DNA from: a virus | IMG/VR virus record: IMGVR_UViG_3300044491_002068 | Coordinates: 32,001-96,000 of that record | Reading direction: 5' to 3' (one strand) | DNA length: 64,000 bases | In this document: one piece after another, positions 48,711 through 57,346 of the stretch | Layout of the letters: each line of letters opens with the position of its first letter | Position numbering within the stretch: position 1 is the first letter of the stretch | Position numbers and translations under genes: made by a program | Notes under the pieces: model-generated | Seen by the model: only the letters and a program-made list of their open reading frames with translations | Databases searched by the model: none | What the model was told of the DNA's origin: nothing

Positions 48711-49508
48711 TCAACCACGGGGTGAATGTTGCTGAACGAAATCCAGCATCCGTTCTGCAGTCGTATCACCATCATAAGCAGGACTTTCCTTCAACCACTT
48801 TAAGAACGAATACCATTTTGACTGCTGATCTGAATTCTCAAACACAATCGTGAACTGAATCGAAGCGTTCCTTACCCCTGACGTACCAGCCGCTGTGCTT
48901 CCCTGTGTTACTATGTCTGAGGTTGTAGTACGTGTAGGGTCCACTGTTGCCCCAGAGGTTGGAGAAGGAGCCGGAGTCCGATCCGTGTTGATAGGGGTGT
49001 GATCAGAGACATCAGAAATAACAATCTCTGGGGCGTTCCACCCACCATTAGGGTCAACTGTCTCGCCAAACTCTATAGAGATTACAGAGTTCTCTATGGC
49101 AGCAACGGAAAAGTCATCCCACCCTAGCAACTCAAAAAAATCTTCATCATCAGTTAAGACGGAAGTTAGCATGTCGTAAAGCATCTCATTATCGGTGGTG
49201 CCTAAATCAGAAATCCTGTTATCAGCAAGAGCAAAAGCAAGTGCATCATCCGAATTCATATCGACAACAGATACAGCAATGCGATCCCAACCTAAACGCT
49301 TAGCCGCTTCCAACTGGTGATTACCAGCAATAACAACTAAAGTTCCGTCACTGTCAGTAACTGCAACAATAGGCTTGACTTGTCCGAACTTCTTATACGA
49401 AGCCATAATGGCGTCTACATTACCACGTCTAGCATTATTCTCTAAGGGTTTCAACAAACCGATATCGACTGCTAGCACTTCGATGTTATCAGCAATATTA
49501 TGTTTCAT
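48711..49508 (-). CDS. ParB N-terminal domain protein
   Basis: NARRGNVDAIMASYKKFGQVKPIV, IAGNH, ALADNR. Confidence 0.85.
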   Translation of the reverse strand: MKHNIADNIEVLAVDIGLLKPLENNARRGNVDAIMASYKKFGQVKPIVAVTDSDGTLVVIAGNHQLEAAKRLGWDRIAVSVVDMNSDDALAFALADNRISDLGTTDNEMLYDMLTSVLTDDEDFFELLGWDDFSVAAIENSVISIEFGETVDPNGGWNAPEIVISDVSDHTPINTDRTPAPSPTSGATVDPTRTTTSDIVTQGSTAAGTSGVRNASIQFTIVFENSDQQSKWYSFLKWLKESPAYDGDTTAERMLDFVQQHSPRG

Positions 49509-50113
49509 GTCGCATACCCCATCACCGCACATTGCCAGTGCCAATACCCAACGACTGGCCATGTGATTCCGGTACTAGAATCCTCCCAAGATTTCATTGA
49601 TACATCACACGGGATTGTATCTGAGTAAACTGAGCAGTTATCAAACACTGACTTCATAATTGATAGCATCCTCTCCTCGTGGCAGTTCCAATGATGTGCG
49701 GCACCGTCCCACCACTCGGGAGGCTGCGCCGAATACGCATCAGAGTTAATGAAAGAAGTGTACCCTCCATATACGTCCTGATGTTCCATTACAGACTCAA
49801 TCATTGACCACGGCTCAGAATTCTTTCGCCACCGCTTAATCGTCTTGTAAACGTCAGGACCCACCGCTAAAATGGGGGCTCCCGGTTTAGCGATACGGTT
49901 CATTTCAACTAGGAATGCACCTACGTCGCTCCAATCCATATGCTCTAACACATGGCCTAGAAAAATGGCGTCGAACCTATCACTATCAAAAGGATACGGC
50001 TCGTTGGGGGTAACTACAACGTCAGGCTTGGTTTGGTGATCCTCCCAAACATCTGTGTTAATCCATCCGTTAGCATAGTGTGTACCGCACCCAACATTTA
50101 AATATTCTTTCAT
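49505..50113 (-). CDS. class I SAM-dependent methyltransferase
   Basis: LNVGCG...GWINTD, YPFD, GHVLEH, RIAKPG. Confidence 0.85.
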   Translation of the reverse strand: MKEYLNVGCGTHYANGWINTDVWEDHQTKPDVVVTPNEPYPFDSDRFDAIFLGHVLEHMDWSDVGAFLVEMNRIAKPGAPILAVGPDVYKTIKRWRKNSEPWSMIESVMEHQDVYGGYTSFINSDAYSAQPPEWWDGAAHHWNCHEERMLSIMKSVFDNCSVYSDTIPCDVSMKSWEDSSTGITWPVVGYWHWQCAVMGYAT

Positions 50114-50122
50114 TACATGTCC

Positions 50123-50473
50123 TCAGAACTTTGTTTGTGATCTTACGTTTGCAGAAATTGTCCGTAAAGCGTCACAAGCAGTTCTTAAAGAATGCAGTCG
50201 TTCTCGCTTTGCTTTAACAAGGGCTTCTGCTACCATAGCGTCATAGTACAGATCACTAGTCTTGTAACCAGCCCAACTTTCTTTTTGTTTTACAGCGCCT
50301 TCAGCAGCGAGGTACTCTTTGAACCACTGCTTTTTGTACTCTGCCTCTTTTACAGCATGGTCTTTAGCGAGAATCTCAAACGCTTCTGTCTCGGTTTCTA
50401 GATCGCTAGTCAATCTAATTAATTCTGATTCAACCTCAACAGTGCTGATCGGTGCCGTGCGGATACTACCCAT
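50123..50473 (-). CDS. coiled-coil protein (possibly UvsY-like)
   Basis: All-helical 116 aa; promoter TTGACC-N17-TATTAT 6 nt before ATG 50473. Function is a guess. Confidence 0.5.
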   Translation of the reverse strand: MGSIRTAPISTVEVESELIRLTSDLETETEAFEILAKDHAVKEAEYKKQWFKEYLAAEGAVKQKESWAGYKTSDLYYDAMVAEALVKAKRERLHSLRTACDALRTISANVRSQTKF

Positions 50474-50485
50474 AACCATATAATA

Positions 50486-50863
50486 CTATCCACTGACCAG
50501 TAGGTCAAGAGCGATTTGTAGACGCTTAACCTCAGCGTCCCAATCAACTTTAACTCCGGGTACTCCAATCTCCAAAAGATGATCTAAAGCCTCTCGGCCT
50601 AACTCATCCTCTAACCAACGTGCCCACACTAAAGGGTTTTTAGACTGCTTCCAATGGCACGAAGCGCATAAGGCTACAGCATTGTTTTCGTCTGTCCTCG
50701 TGGCAGAAATACTTCTAGACAGAATGTGGGCACACTGAATTTGCTTTCCGTCATCTTTTGTTGCACCACACCATCTGCAAGTAAAGTTGTCTCTAGTCCT
50801 TACATACAGGCTATGAAGTTTAGTGGCCTTCGCTTTAGCCTGCTTACCATAACTAGCAGACAT
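50486..50863 (-). CDS. NinG-like HNH nuclease
   Basis: YVRTRD..CRWCG...QCAHI.SR...TR.DENN...LCASCH. Confidence 0.8.
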   Translation of the reverse strand: MSASYGKQAKAKATKLHSLYVRTRDNFTCRWCGATKDDGKQIQCAHILSRSISATRTDENNAVALCASCHWKQSKNPLVWARWLEDELGREALDHLLEIGVPGVKVDWDAEVKRLQIALDLLVSG

Positions 50864-50864
50864 G

Positions 50865-51764
50865 TTACAACGGTATATTTTGATTAATGGGGAAAAACCA
50901 ACCAGCGTCCTCAAACTGTTCTGCCTTAGGCATGTCTGGTCTGTGCGAAACTCCTGAGTAGTGTATGATTGCGGATTCTCTCCATAGGTCAGGATTGTTT
51001 GGACTAGACCCACGATGCATTAAACGAGCGTGCCACACTAGTACGTCCCCACGCTTAGCAGTAAACTTCTCAGTTTTAAGTCCACCACGTTCCAGCAAAT
51101 CCTCAAACATTGGTGTTAAAAACCGCTCTGAATACTTAGGCCACAGCGGATCGTTGCGCTCATTTGCAGATAGTCTACTTAGAGTTTTATCCTGTGTTAT
51201 AATTGGTAAAACATGCGAACCCCGAACAAACTCAAACGGGCCAGAATCTTCGTGGATGTCATCTAAAGCAATCCAAACCGCAAGGTAATGATCACGATTG
51301 GAATCAGGGTTTAAATAACCGTCTTGATGCCAATTACGCTGTGTTGATTTCCACCCAGTAAGGTTCAAATGGACACCCATATTATCGCCAATGATATGGG
51401 ATAGGACATCGTGCAACGGCTTATACGTACACAGACGCATTAGACTTTCAACCTGAAAGTATGCGCACTCGCCGGGATACCCCATAGGGCGATCATTATT
51501 CACTCGGTTATGTTGAATCCAGTCATTACGATAAGCGTCAATCATATCATCCGGAATAAATGACTCTAAAATTGCCACGCCGTCTCTTCTCCAAGATGTC
51601 TGCAAGTCACTCAAGAACTGCGAATTAACATCCTCTCGGTCAAGAGGGGGCAACTCATTATCTGCGAAACTTCCAGACAAAGAATTTATTTCATCTAAAA
51701 TGTCTGGATGCTCAGTCAGCGCTGAACCAATGAGGCTTTGCAATATTTCCTTGCGACCACTCAT
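50865..51764 (-). CDS. phytanoyl-CoA dioxygenase (PhyH) family 2OG-Fe(II) oxygenase
   Basis: WHQD, VWIALDDIHEDSGP...GSH, GDVLVWHARLMHRG. Confidence 0.88.
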   Translation of the reverse strand: MSGRKEILQSLIGSALTEHPDILDEINSLSGSFADNELPPLDREDVNSQFLSDLQTSWRRDGVAILESFIPDDMIDAYRNDWIQHNRVNNDRPMGYPGECAYFQVESLMRLCTYKPLHDVLSHIIGDNMGVHLNLTGWKSTQRNWHQDGYLNPDSNRDHYLAVWIALDDIHEDSGPFEFVRGSHVLPIITQDKTLSRLSANERNDPLWPKYSERFLTPMFEDLLERGGLKTEKFTAKRGDVLVWHARLMHRGSSPNNPDLWRESAIIHYSGVSHRPDMPKAEQFEDAGWFFPINQNIPL

Positions 51765-52245
51765 ACCTAACCCTTTCTGCTTCCTTGAAGCCGTCTTCAT
51801 TGTTGCACCAACTCTCCAGATGCAAACCTAATCGCTCGGCATTCTTCGGGTCAGTGGTTATTCTGTTATGGCATGGACGGCAGACGGCAAGAAGATTTCG
51901 TAAATCTATAATCGACCCTCCCTGCGACCTGTTGACTATCTCATGGATATCACGGGTTTTATTTGGCGTGTAAACCAAAGAATCGTTAGCCTTCCTTGAT
52001 AAATCAAACATTACTTTATTTGGCGTGTAAACCAAAGAATCGTTAGCGTTCCTTGCTATATCAAACATTATCCAAAGCAGGCACGCCTCACAATAGTTGC
52101 GCTCCTGTACAAGAGTTTTAACTATCTCTCTTCGCTCAACATAGGTATCGCTCATTTTCTTTGAGCGATTCTGTAAGGGTGATCTTTTTAAAGTACTATC
52201 ACCACGCTTAATAGGACTTCTCTTCAAAGGCTTACCTCTTTTCAC
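51712..52245 (-). CDS. HNH endonuclease family protein with internal 19-aa duplication
   Basis: Basic N-terminus, CEAC, DIHEIVNRSQGG...NLLAVCRPCH. Confidence 0.8.
   Translation of the reverse strand: MKRGKPLKRSPIKRGDSTLKRSPLQNRSKKMSDTYVERREIVKTLVQERNYCEACLLWIMFDIARNANDSLVYTPNKVMFDLSRKANDSLVYTPNKTRDIHEIVNRSQGGSIIDLRNLLAVCRPCHNRITTDPKNAERLGLHLESWCNNEDGFKEAERVRYEWSQGNIAKPHWFSAD
51958..52070. repeat. 57-bp tandem duplication
   Basis: TTTATTTGGCGTGTAAACCAAAGAATCGTTAGC... at 51958 and 52015. Confidence 0.9.
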
Positions 52246-53344
52246 GGCGTGCCTCCTTTACTAGGGTAGCGATATTTTCAGCAAGCCTCTCAGCACCAAT
52301 AGTTACATCGAACTTTTTGGCCTTTTGCTTGAACTCTAATCCTTTTTCGACACGGTAGTCGCCATCACTGAAGACCTTAAGTAATTTAACGTAGTCCTTT
52401 TCAGACTTTGCCAAAAAGCCAATCCCATGCTCTTCCACTAACTCCTCGTATTGTGGAGACCAAGAAGCAACAAATGGAATACCTGAAGCGGCATACTCTA
52501 ATCCCTTAATATAGGACTTTGCGTGGTTGAAGGGAATATTAGTAAGTGGCACTATACCTGCGTTAAACAACATGCCATTCTGTAACTCGTAAGGGGGTAA
52601 GAAAGGACTAGTAGAGACCGCCCCAGAAGACACCCCAACTTCCTTGTAGAATCTGGGATGATTAGGAGCAACGATATCTCCGGTATGATGCCATGTGGCA
52701 AACTGTGAAATCTGATTAGCAACCGGACGAAGTATCTCTAAATCACCGCTTCTATGAGCAGTGGACCCCATCCAACCAACAGTAAACTTTGTGGCATTCC
52801 GTGGTTCAAATGGTTTAACTTTACTAAACTGATTAGTGTTAACGTAGTTGGTCTGAAGCACCACATTCTCGTTCCACCGTTTAACCTGATTAAATAAAAA
52901 CGGAGTAGAAGTCAACACACCATCTGAAGCAATCAATATATCCTTATACCAGTTGATGTTTTCTTTTACATTTTTACTTGGATCAGACAAACGGTGTGCG
53001 GCATTCTTCTCACTAAGCCCCCAATACCAATCGTCTAAATCGTTCAATACGACTTGACCAGAAGCCTGCGCTGAACGCATGTCAGGCAAAACGTCCATAT
53101 GCATAAACCGCTGTAAAACCATTACATCACAATCAAAATGTGTCTTATTGTGGAAAGATGCTACACCGAAAGTTTTTGCTCTGTTATCAAAAGCCAAACC
53201 GCCCAGAACACAATCATAACCACTCTCAGACAAGACACGAATAAACTGCCCTAGTCTAATATGGCCTGACCCTCCCATTACGGGATTACCAAAAGGGTCC
53301 CTCATAGACAGCGACCAGTCAGCAGAAGCAAAACCAATCTTCAT
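52232..53344 (-). CDS. glycosyltransferase (GT-B, GT4-like)
   Basis: DLDDWY, VGWMGSTAHRSGDL, GIVPL...FNHAKSYIKGLEYAASGIPFVAS. Confidence 0.88.
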   Translation of the reverse strand: MKIGFASADWSLSMRDPFGNPVMGGSGHIRLGQFIRVLSESGYDCVLGGLAFDNRAKTFGVASFHNKTHFDCDVMVLQRFMHMDVLPDMRSAQASGQVVLNDLDDWYWGLSEKNAAHRLSDPSKNVKENINWYKDILIASDGVLTSTPFLFNQVKRWNENVVLQTNYVNTNQFSKVKPFEPRNATKFTVGWMGSTAHRSGDLEILRPVANQISQFATWHHTGDIVAPNHPRFYKEVGVSSGAVSTSPFLPPYELQNGMLFNAGIVPLTNIPFNHAKSYIKGLEYAASGIPFVASWSPQYEELVEEHGIGFLAKSEKDYVKLLKVFSDGDYRVEKGLEFKQKAKKFDVTIGAERLAENIATLVKEARREKR

Positions 53345-53799
53345 CAGAACTTCCACTCCCCATCCAGCGACGCCCACAATGCAGTATCTGCCTCGCAGGG
53401 CTCCCTAGAATCAGATACTCTCCTTCTATGTTCAATAATACAATCACGGAGAAACGTGGCAAGGGAAACAGAGGGATCAGTAGCGTCACCTAGTGCGGAC
53501 ATTCTATCCAACTCGGCTAGACGCTTTTCGGCATGAAACCGAAAACGCATAGACTTACTTTTCTGATCCTCAAGTGCCGCAGCAGGATCAACAGAGAAGT
53601 CGGTGTACGTAGACCGTAGAGCAGAAATCTCTGTATCAAGCATATCAATCTTTCCTGATACGGTCTCAATTATATCTAGTAAACATGCACGCCACAAATC
53701 TCGATTTTCTTCAAGTCGCAAATAGTCTCGTGTGCGCTGATCTGCTTTATTCTTAATATCCTCAGAAACTAGTAAAGCGAAGTTATTTATTGATCCCAT
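53344..53799 (-). CDS. hypothetical protein
   Basis: 151-aa helical ORF in the operon. Confidence 0.6.
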   Translation of the reverse strand: MGSINNFALLVSEDIKNKADQRTRDYLRLEENRDLWRACLLDIIETVSGKIDMLDTEISALRSTYTDFSVDPAAALEDQKSKSMRFRFHAEKRLAELDRMSALGDATDPSVSLATFLRDCIIEHRRRVSDSREPCEADTALWASLDGEWKF

Positions 53800-53800
53800 A

Positions 53801-54583
53801 TCAACTCCACGCAGGACAGAAAGGCTTGTAGTCGCACCAGTTACACAATGGACCAGTGCGTGTCTCAAAATCACCAGAACTACAACTCGTAGTAACTTGA
53901 TCCCATGTGTTTGTTAGTTCTACCCTTACGGCAGACTCTAACTCTTCGTCTACATTGTAGCGAGCGAACTGGCCAGACTTTACATACAGTAACTCAGCCC
54001 GACCAACATCCATACCTGTCTGCTCTTTAAGCAAAATAGCATAAATGGTGATTTGCATTTTCTTCTCCCACTCATATTGTGGGCGAGGCTTCTTGCCAGT
54101 CTTGTAGTCTGAAATGACGAGTTTGTCATCTTCAACTGACCACCTGTCAATAATACCAAAAAGAGGTACACCGTCAATAGAGCCATCCATCTTGGCTTCA
54201 ATTCCGCCAGCATCAAAAGACGTTGGGTCCTCCATACCGAAATAGTTTTCTATGCACCACCACGACTTCCAGCGGAACTCGTTTTCATCACACTTGACTC
54301 TCAAAGAATGAAACTCGTCGCCCCATTTGGACTCCCACAATTCACGTGCAAACCTGCGAGCAGTCACCTCAGTCCTCTCAGCACGCTCAACCTTGAACAA
54401 CTCTTCAAGCACCTCGTGAACAAACGACCCTAGTACCTGAGCCTCCGTAGACTCAGACGGTAACTTGTCTAACCTAGAAAACTTATACTTTAACGGGCAC
54501 TGCTGAAATGTGCTAATAGAACTAGGTGACATATACGGAGGGTCATCATATGTCATAAGCCCTGACGGCGGAAGGTTAGTCAT
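53801..54583 (-). CDS. RecB-family PD-(D/E)XK exonuclease with four-Cys cluster
   Basis: SPSSISTFQQCP, GSFVHEVLE, GIIDR, ISDYKTGK, QITIYA, LCNWCDYKPFC. Confidence 0.88.
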   Translation of the reverse strand: MTNLPPSGLMTYDDPPYMSPSSISTFQQCPLKYKFSRLDKLPSESTEAQVLGSFVHEVLEELFKVERAERTEVTARRFARELWESKWGDEFHSLRVKCDENEFRWKSWWCIENYFGMEDPTSFDAGGIEAKMDGSIDGVPLFGIIDRWSVEDDKLVISDYKTGKKPRPQYEWEKKMQITIYAILLKEQTGMDVGRAELLYVKSGQFARYNVDEELESAVRVELTNTWDQVTTSCSSGDFETRTGPLCNWCDYKPFCPAWS

Positions 54584-55226
54584 TGCTCTCCTCAGTTGAA
54601 ACAGAAACGGACTTAACGAAAGCCAACATCTGCTCCAAAAGAGTACGTGTGACATGCTCACGCTCAAACGGCAACCCGCCGCTAATATCATCCCAATGCG
54701 AACGGGCATCAGTTATGGAAGCCGGTGGCATATTATTCAAAACCCCACGCAACTTCTCAAAATGCTCTACGCTAATTGGTTGATCTGCCTGATCCTCAAC
54801 AGCCTCCAGATACATGGCCTCCTCGGAACGTGCAAGATACAAGCCTACACCTAAATGCTGTGCCGCCTTCTTCAGTGCGTCGGAAACTGCACCCTTCATC
54901 TCATCCCCAAGATCAACAATGTCTCCACCCTTAGTGCGCTTAACCTTCTGACCGCCAATACCATCCCTGATAACAGTCAAAGCAGGAGCATCATTAGTAG
55001 GTACAAAAGTGGCCTCTAACCGAACATGGGCAACAACGAAATCTGGATCACGACTATCACGCTCACACGATATGACACTATACGACCACATGTCAATGCC
55101 CAACACCTTATTCAAACGAGTAATGACCTCGCTGATAGGAATATACGTAAGGCTAGCCCCACCCTTCTTGAGTTGGCGCTCAACTTCTTTCGGAAACGGC
55201 TCCGACAAACTATTTAAAATGCTCAC
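54576..55226 (-). CDS. Rad52/22-family (Sak-like) single-strand annealing protein
   Basis: LTYI...VITRLNKVLG...W, KGAVSDALKKAAQHLGVGLYL. Confidence 0.88.
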   Translation of the reverse strand: MSILNSLSEPFPKEVERQLKKGGASLTYIPISEVITRLNKVLGIDMWSYSVISCERDSRDPDFVVAHVRLEATFVPTNDAPALTVIRDGIGGQKVKRTKGGDIVDLGDEMKGAVSDALKKAAQHLGVGLYLARSEEAMYLEAVEDQADQPISVEHFEKLRGVLNNMPPASITDARSHWDDISGGLPFEREHVTRTLLEQMLAFVKSVSVSTEESND

Positions 55227-55735
55227 TTATCTCTCCTAATAACTAGACTTTTCTTCGACTCTCCAACTTCACAATACTCATCAGCATCCAAATGAAGTTC
55301 CTTCAACTTTGAAACCTTCCAATAAGAAATACCGGCAAACTGCAAAGCCTCACGAATCATATCGACAGGCGACTTAGTTATTTCACCCGTGTTCAAATCG
55401 ACACTGCTATCAACAATGCGACGGCTCACATCAGAAATGATACTCTCGTGATCCCAACTCTTGCGAGGAGCGCCAGACTTGATTTCAACAGTTGCACCGT
55501 CCACTACGACAGGTACCCCAACAAATCCAATGTGCTCAGTCAAAATGCTCTGCAACTCATTAAACAGATCGGTGACGTAACCCTTAACGCCATGAAGATC
55601 AGTAGCCAACTGCAACAACTCTGTGTTCTCAGCAAACTCCAAATTATTTGGCAACTCCATCAAGTCAGACTCAAAACTACGAAGGCTAGTCACCACTTGT
55701 TTAAGTGCATCGGTAGGGTTCTCTAAAACAGACAT
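55223..55735 (-). CDS. hypothetical phage protein
   Basis: 170 aa; AAGGAG RBS; TTGACT-N17-TAGAAT promoter. Confidence 0.7.
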   Translation of the reverse strand: MSVLENPTDALKQVVTSLRSFESDLMELPNNLEFAENTELLQLATDLHGVKGYVTDLFNELQSILTEHIGFVGVPVVVDGATVEIKSGAPRKSWDHESIISDVSRRIVDSSVDLNTGEITKSPVDMIREALQFAGISYWKVSKLKELHLDADEYCEVGESKKSLVIRRDK

Positions 55736-55792
55736 CTAACTCCTTAATAGATAGTAAATACATAGGTATTCTACCGAATTTCAATATAGAAG

Positions 55793-56173
55793 TCAACCCT
55801 CATCCAGCACCCTGCGGAGAGAAGCAGACAAATTAGAATCGTACGGAACGGAAGTCGAACTGATCGCCTCACGAAGAATCTCCGACAACTTTAAACCCAT
55901 ATACTTGCTAGCGTTATCGCTTACCGCCTCACGAAGATCATCATTCTCAAGGCCCTCCAAATCAACCATAATTTTATTAATAACGAACTCGTCAATTTCC
56001 TCATTCATGTACTCCTCCGAAACAGCAAGCACCATAGCACTTTCATCCCACAAAACAATATCAAAATCCTCACCATCAAGGGCAGAAGACGGTGCAACAA
56101 TAAAAGTGATAGTAGCATCACCACGCTTCAATACGGCGAGAACATCATCATCGAACTCGTAGTCCTCACTCAT
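55793..56173 (-). CDS. acidic hypothetical protein
   Basis: 126 aa, Asp/Glu-rich, ATGA overlap with whiB. Confidence 0.65.
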   Translation of the reverse strand: MSEDYEFDDDVLAVLKRGDATITFIVAPSSALDGEDFDIVLWDESAMVLAVSEEYMNEEIDEFVINKIMVDLEGLENDDLREAVSDNASKYMGLKLSEILREAISSTSVPYDSNLSASLRRVLDEG

Positions 56174-56406
56174 GCATCAACACTATCAACTAAACGGGAA
56201 AGTTCTGGACCAGTTTTTCCTCCCCATACACCAATCGTCAAATTGTTGCGAACAGCAAACTCAAGACACTCCGATGTGTTAGGACACTCCGAAGAACAAA
56301 TACTTGACGCCAATTTCCTGCTAGCAGGCTTAGCCGAAAAAAACAATCTATCCTTACCCGCACAAGGTGCATCCTTATACCACGGGGGACAATCTATAGA
56401 AAACAT
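56170..56406 (-). CDS. whiB: WhiB family Fe-S transcription factor
   Basis: W...APC...LFF...IC...CP....CLEFA......GVWGG. Confidence 0.9.
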   Translation of the reverse strand: MFSIDCPPWYKDAPCAGKDRLFFSAKPASRKLASSICSSECPNTSECLEFAVRNNLTIGVWGGKTGPELSRLVDSVDA

Positions 56407-56477
56407 AACACTCCTTGACTTGTAAACTACACATATTTTAAAACACGACTGTCAAGCAGACAACCCATAAACCGAAC

Positions 56478-56507
56478 TTGACCACACCCCCCACGATGCT
56501 GTAACAT
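56478..56507 (+). promoter_or_regulatory. SigA-like promoter upstream of the candidate ncRNA
   Basis: TTGACC-N18-TAACAT; TAACAT is also the -10 of the 22320 gene. Confidence 0.55.
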
Positions 56508-56513
56508 AGCCCC

Positions 56514-56940
56514 AAACTAACAAGGAGCAAACTACCAAAAGACTGCAACCGGGAAATCCCGATGACATACACGTTCACTGAAGGACCGGTGGGTTACACT
56601 CGTTACGCAACTGGTACTTACTGATAAGACGGGCACGCCTGCCCAAAGAGGAACGATATGAATCACACGATACACTGGAACAACATCCTTGACGGGATGC
56701 CAGTCACTGCACGGAGAGCATCAAGCCTTGAGGAACAGGTTCGGAACAAGCAAACGCCCAAGCGGTTCCGGCACACGGGCTACTAGAGCCAAATCTAGGG
56801 AGAGTGGGCATCGCTGAAAAAATAGGCGGTGTTTGGGGTCCATGAAGTGAACAGCCTCTAATAATGCTTACGGGTTCGTCCTAAGGCTATCGTGAAGTAG
56901 CGTCAACTACCACACGATAGGGTGGGAGAGAAATACCCAA
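56514..56940 (+). ncRNA. candidate large (~430 nt) structured non-coding RNA
   Basis: About ten hairpins plus a long-range helix (56573-56587 with 56837-56852); G-U pairs and a UUCG loop read correctly on the + strand; no ORF of 60 aa or more. Confidence 0.6.
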
Positions 56941-56942
56941 AA

Positions 56943-57290
56943 TCAGAGCAGACGCTTCACCTGCTGAGCATCAATGAAAACCGTCGCTGTGCCGTTGAAA
57001 AACTCAACTTGATCAATAGGGACACCAACCTTAGAGGCAATCGTCGCCTTAGCCCGAAGTTCCTCCATCGGGTCATACTCAACCCATGCATCCATCCAAG
57101 GATCATCCTGAACACTTACCGGCAGAGTAGCAAGACACGACTTACAGCACAGTTTGTCCTCCTGAACTTTAGGCTTACGTTTAGTCTCCGTAGTGTGTGT
57201 ACACTCCAACTCAACATGCCAACTAGTACTGCCGTACTCACCAACTTTCACAGCGTTGACCACCATGCGCTTAGGTCCTCTTTTATCCAT
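56943..57290 (-). CDS. hypothetical Zn-binding protein
   Basis: LECTH...CCKSC. Confidence 0.6.
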   Translation of the reverse strand: MDKRGPKRMVVNAVKVGEYGSTSWHVELECTHTTETKRKPKVQEDKLCCKSCLATLPVSVQDDPWMDAWVEYDPMEELRAKATIASKVGVPIDQVEFFNGTATVFIDAQQVKRLL

Positions 57291-57311
57291 AAATCTATTT
57301 TACTAGCCCCC

Positions 57312-57340
57312 TTGACTGTATGCCACCGTTCTCATACAAT
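57312..57340 (+). promoter_or_regulatory. SigA-like promoter for leaderless recA mRNA
   Basis: TTGACT-N17-TACAAT, ATG 6 nt downstream, no SD. Confidence 0.8.
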
Positions 57341-57346
57341 ACCCTC

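Noticed and set aside
53801-54583. Cas4 / CRISPR system
   Set aside because: RecB-family nuclease next to a Rad52-like annealase is a recombination module; I saw no cas genes or repeat-spacer array.
56514-56940. tmRNA, RNase P, or group I/II intron identity for the structured region
   Set aside because: No tRNA-like ends or T-loop, no GAGGAAAGTCC, no P7 or domain V consensus, and no interrupted host gene.
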